From: Vermamoeba vermiformis
Taxonomy: Eukaryota
Assembly (NCBI GenBank): GCA_045837725.1
Contig: JBEWZL010000077.1
Span: forward strand, 248,001-312,000
Direction of reading: 5' to 3'
DNA length: 64,000 nucleotides
The notes beneath the pieces were generated by a model. That model saw only the letters and a list, made by a program, of their open reading frames with translations, did not search any database and had not been told where the DNA came from. Below, in pieces: positions 1 to 12,879 of the stretch. The stretch's first letter is position 1; each line of letters starts with the position of its first letter. The position numbers and the translations under genes are program-made.

Positions 1-3000
1 TTGTCGACATTCTTGCCCAGCTTGCTGGCAAAGTCGCGGAACTGACGATTGGGGTGCAAGAAGTAGATGTGCTTGAGGCTGTTCTTGGCTTGGTACGGGA
101 AGTGTTCGATCACCTTGCGCATCAGGCGGATGTCGACTTCGCTCTCTTTGCTGAAGAAAGTCAGATCCACCACAATCGAGAGGGGCTTGTCGAGGTGTGG
201 CTCGAGTGTCTTGAACACGTAGTACAAGAACACGTCGCTGTCAGGCAGTGTGCGCGCACTGAGTCTGCTGCTGATGAGATAGAACAGCGTGTGACCCTCT
301 TTGTTCGTGCCCTGACGATAGAAGATGCGCTTGTCACGCACGGCATCGGTGTTGGTGCCCTCCATGTTCTCCATGAAGGTGAGGAACTTGTCGTTGTTGG
401 ACTGCTCCGTGTTGTCGCCCTGATTGCGTGCGCGGTAGTGCTGTTGCTTGGCCTCGGGCGGATCACCGAGCTTGCTGAGCAGTTGTTGCAGACGCGCTTC
501 GACATTCTGCTTGGCCTTCCACTGAATCAAGATCTTGGAGATGGGGTCGCTGTTGCTGATCAAGTGGCGGTGAATGGCACCGAGATCTTCTTCGCGCTGT
601 GCCTCGCTGATCGAGGGCACGAAGGACTTGCCCGCCGTGAGGGGCTTGGGGACCGCGTATTTGTCGAAGAGCTGCTCCATGGTGCTGATATTGGCCTGGA
701 TGAAGCTGTTCATGTCCATCATGTAGGGCTCTTTCTGGAAGATCTGCAAGTTGGCGAGATTCTGCAGCACTTTGGTGACGAGAATGAGACCGCGCACGAG
801 TGACTGCGAGGGCACATCTTCCACCAGGCCAAAGTTGCGCGGTGCGACAATGGCGGGACAGAAGAAGCGCAAGAACATGAGTCCACCGACGGCTGTGCGC
901 TGAATCATGCGGATGTTGCTGCTCGGTGACGGCGTGCTGTTGGGATTGGCTTTCACTGCACCAGGACGCACAGGACTCGGTGACTTGGGTGCTGCACCTG
1001 CGGGCACAGAGCCTGAGTTGGTGAGTGGTCTGGACGGCTGTGCAGTGTTGGGTGTGACAGGGGTGACGGGGGTCTCCGTGGGCTCGCTGGGCATGAACGT
1101 GGCAGTCAGCGGATTGGTACCACTCGTGCCGAATCCACCAGTGATGGGCTGTGGCGTGCCAGTCTCAAATCTCTCTTTGACTTTGAGCGAGAGATAGTGA
1201 CACAGCTCGCACAGTTGTCTGTCGGGCACACAGTTAGAGCGGGTGTGGTACCGCTACTAGCGAGGGACTTACGGGGGACAGGCATCGAGCGAGGAGATGA
1301 TGGACTTGAGGAACATATTTGACACATCGTTAATGTTCTTCATATTAGCCTCTCGGTTCTGGCCGGGTGTGAGTTTGGTTGGATCCACTTCAAAATCGAG
1401 CGGCGTTTGCAAGAGATACTCGAGGGGCTTGCTGAGTGTGTCTTTGAGGTACTGCGAGCCAATCAGCTTGGTGTACGCAGCCATCAACTTGGTGGCCACA
1501 CTGTTGCGGCGGAACAATGTGTTCGGGGACTCGGTCTTGGAAATCTCCGTGCTGATTGCCATTTTTAGCAATCGCAGCGTGAATGACTGGCCCTCATCAT
1601 GAGCAGCTTGTGGTACAGTGCCAGGCGACTGATTGAGTGCAGCCGTGTCCGCGTGACTGGCAGTGTAGGCCTCGCACATGCTGACCAACACGCGCGTGAC
1701 GTCATCAGCCTCGGTGATCTGAATCACTTGCAGCAGCGCTTGAATCACTAGCATGTTCTGTTCGAACAGCAGCTCGAGCAGGGCCTCGTACTTGTCGCGC
1801 AAGTCCTCTTCGCCCTTGTCGAACTCAGCGCCCTGATCGAGAATGTTGGTGATCACCTTCAAGAAGGCTCTGCGCGTGTCAATGTCGTCGTGATAGCCCA
1901 TCTGCGAGAAGTACTCGAGGGCACTGCTCACATTGGCACTCAGCAAGTGACTCAGCGACATGATCGTGTACTTGACGAGCTGCTTGGGCTTGTTGATCTG
2001 GTGGCACTGTGTCAGTCATCGCGATCAACAACAGCTATAAATAGCACGCACCTCTTTCTTGCAGCGCGCGAGTAGTTTGGAGAAGTAGGTGAAGTACTTG
2101 ACCGCGAGCGAGTCCGTCTTCTCCACCGTGCCCTTGTCCTCTTCGAACGACAGACCGCGCAGCAGTGTGGCAGCCGTGCGCAGATTGGCGACATCGACGT
2201 CCTAACAACACTCGTCAGTCTCCACACCAGTACACGCACCGCGACTTACATTGAATATCTGCTTGAGCTTGTCGAGTTCGTCGCTCGGATTGTTGGGGTT
2301 CTCTTTCTCGTACTTGAGTGCCTCGGCCTTCCAGTCCACGTAGTCTGACGTCCAGCTCAGCACCGCGTCCAGTGTGGCCGTGCGGAACTGATTCTCGTTC
2401 TTGAAGGTGATGTGGGCACGCTTCAACATGACGGCATCGATCAAGTTGCAGAATTTGATCTTGGTGCGCAGGGCACGGTCACTCAACACGAGCTGCGAGA
2501 GGTACTTGGCGAAGGACACGAGCAGCTGTTCAATGTTGGACATGAGCGAGAGGTTGTGCGGGGGCTGCAAATAAAGGAGGTGAGTACACGACAAGACTAG
2601 CGGAGTGACACGTACGAAGGTGTCGAGCATCTTCTTGATGCAGAGAATGCTCTGTTCGATCAACAGCGTGTAGGTCGAATTGATGTTGATCTGCTGCGTG
2701 GAGGTGACAGCTGCTTGCATCAGATTGTGCAGGTGGAAGAACAGCACCGTGAGCATCATGGGACTCAGCGTGCTGCCCACCAGCTGCGTGATGGTGTCGC
2801 GAATGGGCTGATCATCGGCCACGAACAGCTCGACCAGTGTCTGCATGAACTGACCACTCGCACTCGAGGCCACTTGTGTGGGGGTCTTGCTCTTGCTCTT
2901 CTCCTTGCCGTCACTCTTCAGCAGCATCTCTTTGCCCAGCGACACACCGCTGAGTGCAATCAGCACACCCGAGTAGTTGTACCACTCTCTGTTCAGCTCG

Positions 3001-5815
3001 TCTGCGGTCTTGTTGGACTGAGCGAGCAGCGGATCAGCCACGGCATTGATCTTGGGCTCGCGACCACCCAGCAGCACTTGTCGTCCTCGCTGCGTGTTCT
3101 GTTGCTGTTGTTGCGACAGCCACAGCAAGTGTTGCGTGTAGCGGGTCCAGCGATCGAGTATCTCTTGCCAGGCCTGCCAGTTGGCTGTGGTCTGCTTGCT
3201 CACATCGCGGAAGATGCGCTGAATGGTCTTCTGTTGCGCAGCAGGACCTGTCGTCAACAGCCCAGACTGCGACAGCTCGCGATAGTTGTCGTAGTTGAGC
3301 GCGATGTCACTCGTCATGTCATTTGCCACATCGACCTCATCGCACACGTGACCGAAGCACGTGACGCACTTGGACACGATGGCCGGCTCACGACTGCACA
3401 AGTGAATCAACAGACTGGCCTCCACACTCGACAGCGAGCGGAAAAACAGCAGTTTGTTGGGGGCATCACGTGCCTAATAGACGAGTGAGTGACAGGTGTC
3501 GAAAAATGACACGTCAAACAGTGTCGCACGTACCTTGAAGTGATTGGAGAGGAATGTCTTGCGCTGAGCGAGCACGGACTCCAAGAAAGACACGAACTCG
3601 AGTATCTGCGGGGACGTGAGATCACGACGCAGCATCGCATTGCCAATCGAGTGGTTGAATATCGCGCCCAGGTCCCAAAATGCACCCAAGGCATCGGTGC
3701 GCGACCACTCCTCGATGTGCTCGGGCTCGTGCAGCGTGACCAAGCATTGCGTGCCTTTGCGTACCAAATAAGGCGAGGACACGTCCACCGCAATGTCGCA
3801 AATGCCCTGGAAGAGAATCTTCTTCTCCTCGCGATCATCGATCTTGCCGTGCAGGAACAGAGCAGGGGCAGTGTGCACCAACTTGGCGAGCTGACCAATG
3901 ATCTTGATGTCCAGCTGCAACTTCTCGCTCTGCTTCAGTGCCTTCTTGTCGGCATTGGCGCGCAGATTGGTGTAGGCACGGTAATTGGCGAGTTCACTCT
4001 GTGCCGGGCATGAGTGTCGTGCATTGCAAGCGATTCATGTGCTACTTACAGTGAACAAGAGCTTGACGAGAGGTGCGAGGTCGTTGAGCGAGTCGGGCTG
4101 TTTCGAATCCGTGTGGTGAGGTGCGCGGTGCTTGAATATCTTGAGCAGCGACTTGACCAGCACCATGCGCATCTGTGCCTGTTCGTTGCGAATGCACTCC
4201 GAGAACTGCTCTTTGATCGTGGTTGCAGGGTTGAGATTGAACGCAGCCACGAGATAATCGATCAGCGGGGCGAGATCATCGTCTGACACCTTTTGCAGTC
4301 TGGTCTTGAAGTACTGGTCGCGCAGTGTGATCTGCAAAGATGCAGCGAGTGTGCGAAGTTCAGAGCCCTGGTGCGTGAGGGTAGCTGCGCGACACATGTC
4401 AATCAAGCACGTGGTAGCTGTCACTCTGTTCTTGGAAGTGGGGGCCAGCGATGCTTTGACATCTGTCACGTGATTAGTTGACAGGTTGACATTGTTGCAT
4501 GACACGCGTCATTCGTGCTCGAACACTTACTCGTGAGCCACTGTTCCTTGGCCTCGTTCTGTTTGAGTGGTTTGTTGGCAGACAGCTCGGAGACAATGTC
4601 CGCGCAGCACAACAAGAGCACTGCGAGTGCGGGCCAGGCCTGCACAATGATCTTGGAGGTCTCTTTCTTGATCCACAGCTGCATTGCATTGAACATGTTG
4701 TCTGCCTCGACAATGCGTTTCTTATTCACGAGCAGTTCGTTGAATTGCAACGGATACTTCTCAATCCAGTTCCACACAGCGCCGTACACGCCCTTGCAGA
4801 CTAGGATCTGATTGTGTTTCTTGAGGCCTGCGTTCATCTTCTCTAACAGCTTGCCTAACAGCTCTGCCAATCTCTCGCGATTCACATTCAAATACGGAAT
4901 TAAACTCAGCTTGTTCTCTTCGGATTCCTTGGGTGGATTTTGAATATGAACGACCAGATCCGCGTAGATGACTTCGTAATTAGAAGCTGAGAGTTGAAAC
5001 AACAACTTGCTCGCTTGCTCTCTGAATTCATTGGCATAATATGGAGGGGGCTTGGGCGACAAGAGAATATTGTACGAGTGATTTAACAGCGAGAGCGTCA
5101 GTTTGTGATCGAGTGGTGGAGGTAATACTGCTTCTTCTTTAACCTCAACTTGCTTCATATCATCACTGCCTTTTGATACTGAAAATAATTGCTGCCTCTG
5201 TATTAAATTGAAAATATTACTCCGGATGTCAAAAATATCAGCGTAATTTGCTCGCTTTATTCAATTTCAAGCACATTCGCATGCAATTAATTTAATATAA
5301 AGGAAAATTATAAAGAATGAATGATAAGCTTACGATATTATCCCATCGAAATTGAAGGCAGTTGACCAGCATATCCAATACATAAAGCTGTGACTTTGCT
5401 GCTTGCTCATTAGGGAATCCAGCCTGTATATTTAATGTAATATAATTAGTGGGGTGGAGTTGAAAGATTCTGTTCGTTGCAATTCGATTACTTTGACTAA
5501 TTTATCGAGGAGAGTCGCCAAATAATCCACGACTACGTTGATCTGATTGGCGGAGAGCTCTATTAAAGCTTGACGAGTTTTGAGGGCCACTTCATTTTCA
5601 AAATAGGTTTGAAGAGAGCTGCCTGTGGAGGGAGTTGCACTCGATGCAGAAGTGCCGCTCTGTTGGCCCGAAGGATTGGCTTGATAGGTGTCAAACAAAA
5701 TGTCCGAATCTGATTCGAGCCACGCCACGCTAATGCCTTCTTTCAACTGGCGCTCCACTCGCTCAACTAACTTCTTGATCACCTCTTCTTCTTTTGGTTC
5801 TTGTACTTGAGCCAT
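1..5815 (-). CDS. NF1: Neurofibromin-like RasGAP (RasGAP + Sec14/CRAL-TRIO), multi-exon, 3' end runs off the window
   Basis: GAP motifs TLFRRNSVATKLM, FEVDPTK and VGGLMFLRFFCPAIVAP. N-terminal HEAT-like region. Bases 1-330 encode a Sec14-like segment (IFYRQGTNKEGHTLFY...IVVDLT...LKHIYFLHPN), matching NF1 domain order. Confidence 0.88.
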
Positions 5816-6106
5816 TGGGAGGTAATGAATATACTAATATTATTGAATTATGCTCGTGTGCACCATGGACGATTTGAAATGGAACTTGCACCGCGCCCAG
5901 GTAAAATGTCAGCGTGACATGTAGTTTGACAGGTTAGCGAATCAACGCGGATAACAACGGATTTTAGACTTTAGATTATGAGAATAGGCGATTGGTTAGC
6001 CGGTAGCTATCTTTTCACTATTTATTAAGTGCCCGCGTGCGATATCCAGTTGCCCGCTTTTTTTCAATTATTTGTAACGCGACGTTGACTACACCACAAG
6101 ACGAGC

Positions 6107-6971
6107 ATGAGCAGCGACGATAACACTGTACGTAAGGTCAAATGCAAGACTATCGATCCCTTGGTTCTGCATACGAAGATTGGCCAGCTAAACGGAGCCT
6201 TACTGGCAGATTTGATTAGTTTTCAGCTGTTCATGAGCCATCAAATACCCTGGTATGCATAATATATTATATCAATTATTAAACATTGTATTAATTGTTC
6301 ATAGTCTACTTCCCGAGCTGCGAACAAGAACAGAGGAGGTAATTAATGAAAATTATTATTTAATTGACTTGTTGTTCTGATTATCACTTGCCTAGCGGGC
6401 TGAAGAGGTCGCCGAAGGGAACATTAAGCGAGATTTTACGCTAAAAAAAGCTTTGCAAGTAAGAATTCGTTGTAGTCAAACATTTGTACTGGCACTCAGC
6501 TGCGTCTAGGCTTTGACTGCGTGCTCAGAACTGTTGGAGGCCATAGATGAGCTCTTAAACACGTCAAGGACCACAATTAAACACATCGTATTCATATTGG
6601 GTGCCACACCTCGCAGTCCCAAGTGCATCTGGCAACTGAATCCGAGCTGGGCAGCTACCAGTCAGTCGCGCACTGATGATAGTCGCCGAGTGATGCGCCA
6701 ACTCATTCCGCACAGCACTCTAGCGAGCATGGGTCCCACCAAGCTGTTTGCGCTGGTCTGCACGACAGAGGCGATTGACAGCAACAATTGGCTGACACGC
6801 GTCAACTTCACGCTGCCCACTAAGCGCGCCAAGCAATGGATTGACTGGGAGGTGCTGGAACACGATGCAGCACTGAGTGACGATGTGACTATGAACGACA
6901 CTGAACAGCTGCTGTGGTATCAGTGGCGCGGACACGTCAAAGGCTTCAAGAGCACTGCTGCGTGGCTGTAA
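6107..6971 (+). CDS. MAD2L1BP: p31comet / MAD2L1-binding protein-like HORMA protein, 4 exons
   Basis: Spliced ORF from ATG 6107. Contains FQLFMSHQIP, VFILGATPRSPK and C-terminal LLWYQWRGHVKGF, resembling conserved p31comet segments. Confidence 0.7.
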
Positions 6972-7031
6972 CACGAGACATCGAGCACCAACACATTAGA
7001 CAAGCACTGACTATAGAACAGGGTGTTTATT

Positions 7032-8314
7032 TCACGAGACAGCCTCGAGCATGGCCGTGGCACGACTAAGCTGCAGCGAGGCGAGGCGTGGGAACACAGT
7101 GCGAATGGTGCTCACTGCCTGCCACGCGAGGTGCGGACACTCCATTACTTTCAACACGCGCAGCTTGTCGTGCTGGTGCTGTTCACTGCTCAGCGACAGA
7201 CCACTGAACGCTGTCTGCGAGATGTCCAGCTCTTCCAAGTCCTTGCAGAAGCGCAGCACGTTCTCGACGACAAAATCATCGCAGTAGTGCTGTCGATAGA
7301 GGCCCAGCACGCGCAGATTGGGACACTTCTCGGGCAGACTCAGCAGCGTGTTCTTGGTCACGAGATTGTCGCCGCCATTCAACTCCAAGACCCGCAGCTG
7401 TTTGCAGTGGTGAATGATCTGTTGTATCACATCGTCGTCAATGTTCGCGTGATTCAATCGCAACTCGCGCAGCTCTTTGCACTGCTTGAACACGTGCATC
7501 AGTCCGCTGCAGTGCCGCAGACCACTAAGATCCAGCTGTTGCAGCTTGGGCATGCTACATCATTCGCGTCAATACGATGCACACGACCTATATACGCCCT
7601 CATCAGGGCACGTACCGAGCAATGTCGCGCAGTTCCAGCACGGTGAGCAGTGGCCAGTCCGCGCAGTCGAGTGACACCACAGGGCGAGCAGCCAGTGCGT
7701 GCAACACGCGCGTGACATCAATGCGCGCACCAGTGCCCGCGAGACTGAGCGTGTGCAGATGGAGCTGCGATATCGCGCGCAACACTGTCTCGGTGTTGAT
7801 CCACAGACAGCGCTTGAGGAGCAGTGTCTGGACGCAGCGGTGAGATGTGTGTAAGGCATACATTGGATGTAAATAAAGTGCTTACATGAATGCGTGGGTT
7901 GTTGTTAATAATCGTCAATAAGGTCTCGCTGTTGATGGGTGAGTTGCTTACATCCAGCGAAGTTAAATTTGTACAGCCTGAAATAATTTCTTCAAATATA
8001 TATGAGCCATCGCTAATGTCTAAATGTCTAAATGCTGGTAGTAGTCGCTTGAATGCGAGCACTGTATTATCTTTGAAAGCAAATCTGCGTCTTATTCTCA
8101 ATACCAAGTTAAGCCTTTGTTGAATCTTTTTCTCGTTAATATTTTGAGAATTATTAATATCCTCGATGCTATTCAATGCGACTAATTGAGCCAGTGTATC
8201 ATCAGCTTGTGTGTATTTCTCGATCGCGCGTCGACAAAGTAGCTGCAGCCGCGGCACTTCTACGCGTGCGGGCAACGAGATTTTGAGTCTCTTTGACTGT
8301 GGCTGATCTGTCAT
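7032..8314 (-). CDS. Leucine-rich repeat protein (cysteine-containing, AMN1/FBXL-like LRRs), 3 exons
   Basis: Repeated CxxLxxLxL units (CTNLTSLDVS, CKELRELRL, CKQLRVLEL, CPNLRVLGL, CKDLEELDIS). N-terminal VPRLQLLCRRAI resembles a BC-box. Confidence 0.75.
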
Positions 8315-8483
8315 TGCTATAGCTGTTGCGTGTATGATACAAGGTGTGCAACAGGAGAATAAGGCAAGAGCCGTCCGTCGTGAAAAATTGACAAAAATTC
8401 AATTCTGTTAGTTCTCATTGCTTCAATAATAGAGAACCACCGTTCTATCCTATAAATATATTTATCAACACAGCGCAATCAAC

Positions 8484-10390
8484 ATGACAGATGCACTGAG
8501 CGTGTTGCGCGAGTACATTAAGAAGGGCGGCAAGTTGACGTGGGATCCAAGTTCACCGTCCGACATTCAATTCGCTGGATATAAATACCCGCGCAGTACT
8601 GTCACCAACTTCAGAAGTATCAAGGGCTCTGGTGATCCCTATCCATTGGATGCGTGCTGTTTTTTATTTCTTAGTGAAAACAAGCCAATTGCCGAGTAAG
8701 CATTATAATTACTATAATAACGAAATTATTTCGAATTTATTTCAATTTTAAAAAATAATTTTGCGTTTGCTTGTCAGTTACGCAGGGAGAGCTATCAGCC
8801 AATATTAACAATACCCATGCAGATATTACAAAGAATGCAGTCAATACGGATGCACGCGTGTATCAGCAGTCGACAAGAACGATCTGCTCGAGTACCTCAA
8901 AGGCAAGCGTGAGGCGAGTGCGGTGGTGCAGCTCAAGCTCACAGACGATGATCTGGGCGCGGAGAGTGTTGCCGAACCCCCTGCCAAGCGACAGAAGCTC
9001 GAGGACGGCAGTGCAGCGGTGACCAAGACGAGTGAGAGCGAACTGTCGCACGAGCCGATGGAGTTGAGTGCGAGTGATTGGGCAGCGCGCGAAGAGTTCA
9101 GCAAGCGATTGGACAGCAAGACACAGGGTGACGCGGGCACCAAGGCCACACTGGTGAATTTGGCAGCGGAGACAGGTCTGAGCTTGGAGAAGATAGAGGC
9201 GCTGAAGATGAAGGCCAAGCTCAAGAAGAAGACCCCCGGCGAGGAGAGTGCCGCAGACAAGGTGCTGGAGGACGAGGCCCCTGCCACCACCAATGCCTTC
9301 ATGACGCGATCAGTGGCCGTGGTGAAAGATATCACCAGCCGTGAACGACCGATGCGCACTCGCGCGAGTGTGTTGCAGCTCAAGGGCAAAGAGTTCAAGT
9401 ACATCCTCGACACACTGCACACCCTCACGCGACAGCAGAAAGGGGCGCGACCTGATGCGAAGAAAGCGATTGACTTTGCGAAGAAACCAGCGACACAACC
9501 CACACAACCCGCGACACGCTACGACAGATACAACTTCAATGAAGACGCGTCGTTTTGGAAAGAAAAGCTCAAGGGCGATGGTAAGTGGCTGCTGTTGTTA
9601 TTGTACTGCAATGCTAATTGATTGATTGTGTGCAGAGGCGGAAGAATTTCAAATTGACACACGCGGTACATTTGCACGTGACACGACCATGGCGGAAGCG
9701 AGTGCTCCGAGCACATCGAACGGCAATCGCGCACCGAGCAGTGCCCCCGTGCAGAGCCAGTCTGCAGCGAGCAAGACACCAGTCAAAGCGCGCAAGTCCA
9801 CTGGCCCGCCCATCATCATCGTGCCAGCAGCCCTCACCACCAATCTCACGCTCTACAACGCGCAGGACTTCTTGGAACAGGGCGTGTTCGTCAGCTCCAT
9901 TGACAAGCGCACTGCCTCGTCGAAGAAGCCCGTGAGTGTGACGATCAAATCCTTTGCCGACAAGAGCACGGTGTACGAGGTGTTGGACAGCACGGCCAAG
10001 TTGAAAGAACAGGACTGGGAGCGCGTAGTGGCTGTGTTTGCACTCGGTCAGCAGTGGCAGTTCAAGGGCTGGAAGTGGTCTGAGCCAGTAGAGCTGTTCC
10101 ATCACGGTGCGTAGTGACATTACCGTATTAGGAAATTCAAATACTGACACGTGTCAGTGCGGGGATTTTATTTGAGATATGACGACGACGGACCAGTCGA
10201 CGCGATCAAGAAGTGGAACATCAAAGTGTTGACGGTACGTAGCTATTTTTAGCACCATGCAGCGTACTGACACGTGCCACAGATCAATCGACACAAGCGA
10301 CATCTCGATAAGACAGCAGTGGTGGAGTTCTGGCAAGAGCTGAACAATTACATTGCCAGCACGCGTCCCGAACTGTTGAGCGCACAATAA
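8484..10390 (+). CDS. CDC73: Parafibromin / PAF1 complex subunit Cdc73
   Basis: N-terminus MTDALSVLREY. Contains DITSRER and PIIIVPAA; C-terminal DWERVVAVFALGQQWQFKGW and KRHLDK. Confidence 0.93.
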
Positions 10391-10476
10391 AGCAGTTGTA
10401 TTATACACGTCGGTGTCAGGGTACGCAGCAGTAGAGGGGGTGTAGTGCTATTTACAGGAGTACAGTACAAGTGCGC

Positions 10477-12838
10477 CTAGTTGTTGGTGGCAGCAGTGAG
10501 CAGTTGCTTGCCCTTGGTCAGTGCGCCGTCAAAGAACTTTGAAATCATGCCCTCCAAACTCTCCGCGCTGTACTTGAGATACTTGTCTTTCTTCTTCGCG
10601 AACTCTTCGTGGCCATATTTGGACAAGAACTGTTTGTACGGTGGCACCAGCAGCGCCATCAACTCGCCGCGGAGTGCAGTGCGGAGATCATCGTCGGCAA
10701 TGAAGAACTGCACCTGATTGGAGAAGTTGTCTTCGAACTCTGCGTTGAAGCCCTGGTAGAGCGCGTGAGTCTCACTCATTGACACGTGTCACACACAAGA
10801 TGACACTTACCGAGAGACAGTGTTTGATGGCAGAGTGCAGCTTGGTGCCCTGCGCGGTCTTGAGCTCGCGGTCCTCAAAGTACTCGCTGCACTTGCTCCA
10901 CGTGCGCTTGTAGAGCTCTTTTTGCTCCTCCACGCGCTTCTGATAGCCGTCCAGCACTTGCGATCCGACCTCTTTGGACAGCTCGGCATTGGACTTGACA
11001 CCTTTCCAAATAAAGTAATAATTGTTCAGCAGATAGATTGCTGTCAGTGCTTGCGACTTTTTTTCCTTTTTTGCGCGTGTCTCCATCGTGTCAATCAGCT
11101 CCTCCAGACTGCGAACTGCGCTAAAATTAGCTAGTCTGAAAACACTGCAATGCTTAACATACTTATGTAGACAGCTAGCGGAGATTTTCCGCTGATTGGC
11201 TGCAGGGTGGGCAACAAGTTGACAACAATTTCCTTATAAGGAAACAAGGCGGACAAGAACTGCACTGCCATGACAGTCTGTTGCGCAACAGTGCCATCAG
11301 ACGGTACGGACCACGAAGTGACTGCGAGAGCACGTGACAGGCCCTCGGGACTGACCAATGACAGCGCAGAGCTGTTGCCACCAGACCACTGGCCCTTCAC
11401 CTCGCTCAATATCTCGCGCGTGTTCTCCGTCAAGTCCTCGCTAAATTTGGTAATGACCGGTGACAGCAACGATGTGCCAGCAGGTGTCTTGCCGCGCTTG
11501 ACAGACTGTGTCTCCTCGTCCTCGAATGCGGTGAGTGCTGCGCAGTATTGTGGTGTGAGGGCAGTCACGTGCGCCCAGAGGTCCAACAGCACGCACACCG
11601 CGTACTGACGATTCGCATTGCGGCGCTGCAGCTTGATGATGCCGTCACTCAACTCGCTCAGCTGCTGCATGCTCGGCTCAAGCACCGCGCGGAACTGTGC
11701 CGTCACGTGCTTGGCTGGCAACAATCGCGCGATGAGATTGCGTTCAGTGAACAGCAGCACGAGCAGCGCGGAGATGAATTGAATGCACGGGTGTGTGCCG
11801 CGCATGTAGCCGCTGGTGGTGGCCTCGCTGTCCGCGAACATCTGCAACATCTTGTGGGGCTGCAGCTTGGCGAGTGTTGCCAGCACGTACTCGCTGCGCA
11901 CGGTGGTGTAGAGCGACAAGTAGCTGCTCTCTTTGTTCAGATCGAGCCGCTTGATCATCTTGTTCAGCTCACTCAGCGTCTGTTCGTTGGTGATCAGCAC
12001 ACTGCCAGGTGCCAGCACTTGTCCCGATGCGGTCATGCGCACCTCACGACTGCTCTTGCTCTCGGTGACATCCACGCGCAGTTGAGTCGGATCTGCAGGA
12101 CTCGAGACACCGCGCAGCACTTGCTCGTAGTGTGCTTTGAGCTTGACAGTAGCATCTGCTTGCAATCGCTGCAGCTCATCGAGTGTCTTGGTGGCACTCT
12201 TGAGCTCTGTGTTGTTCATAAAGTAGCTGATCGCAGTCTGCAGCTTGTCCATCACCTCCAAGTACTCATTCACGCCGACTGCACTCACACTGCAGTGTAC
12301 GGGTCAATATATATCGTGATATGAGCAGTGGTGTACGTACCCTGCGGATAGCTTGGGCTTGGCAGTGGCAGCCGTGTCAAACAGCTCGATCACATCCTTG
12401 AAATTGCTGAGACCACTGTCAATATCTGCAAATAGACATTAATATTGTCGTGCATGTTTGTGGTACGACGTACTCTTATACACATTCTTCCATTTCGTAG
12501 TGCTGTGGTGGATCTGCTGAATGCTGCCGAGCAGATGCTTCAATCGATCGTCAAATGTCTTCAACACACCGACCTATAATTATACAGCGCATTTAATTAA
12601 TTATTAAATTTGAATATCTTCAGCAAGTTAAATAACCGACCATTTTATTGGTGACATCATTGCTGTTGCGCAGCGAGTCGCGCAAGAAGTTCAAGCTGTT
12701 CTCGTCTTGCTGCCACAGCTTGTCAATCTCGCGCTGCTTGGCGTGGTATTGGCCTTCATTCAAATTGCCGTATCTGCGCAGTATGATCTCATCTTCCACC
12801 AGACGAGTAATCAGCTCCTCGTCTCTCTCATCTGCCAT
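10477..12838 (-). CDS. EXOC7: Exocyst complex component Exo70
   Basis: Contains EYLEVMDKLQTAISYF, VPSDGTVAQQT, AIYLLNNYYFI and C-terminal KYLKYSAESLEGMISKFF. Confidence 0.9.
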
Positions 12839-12879
12839 GGTATTCACATGAACATATATATGCCTATCACTACCATCGC

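Noticed and set aside
54-4804. Long plus-strand ORFs (e.g. 54-803, 2715-3488) and similar antisense ORFs across the window
   Set aside because: They are shadows of GC-rich coding exons on the opposite strand and show no recognisable motifs.
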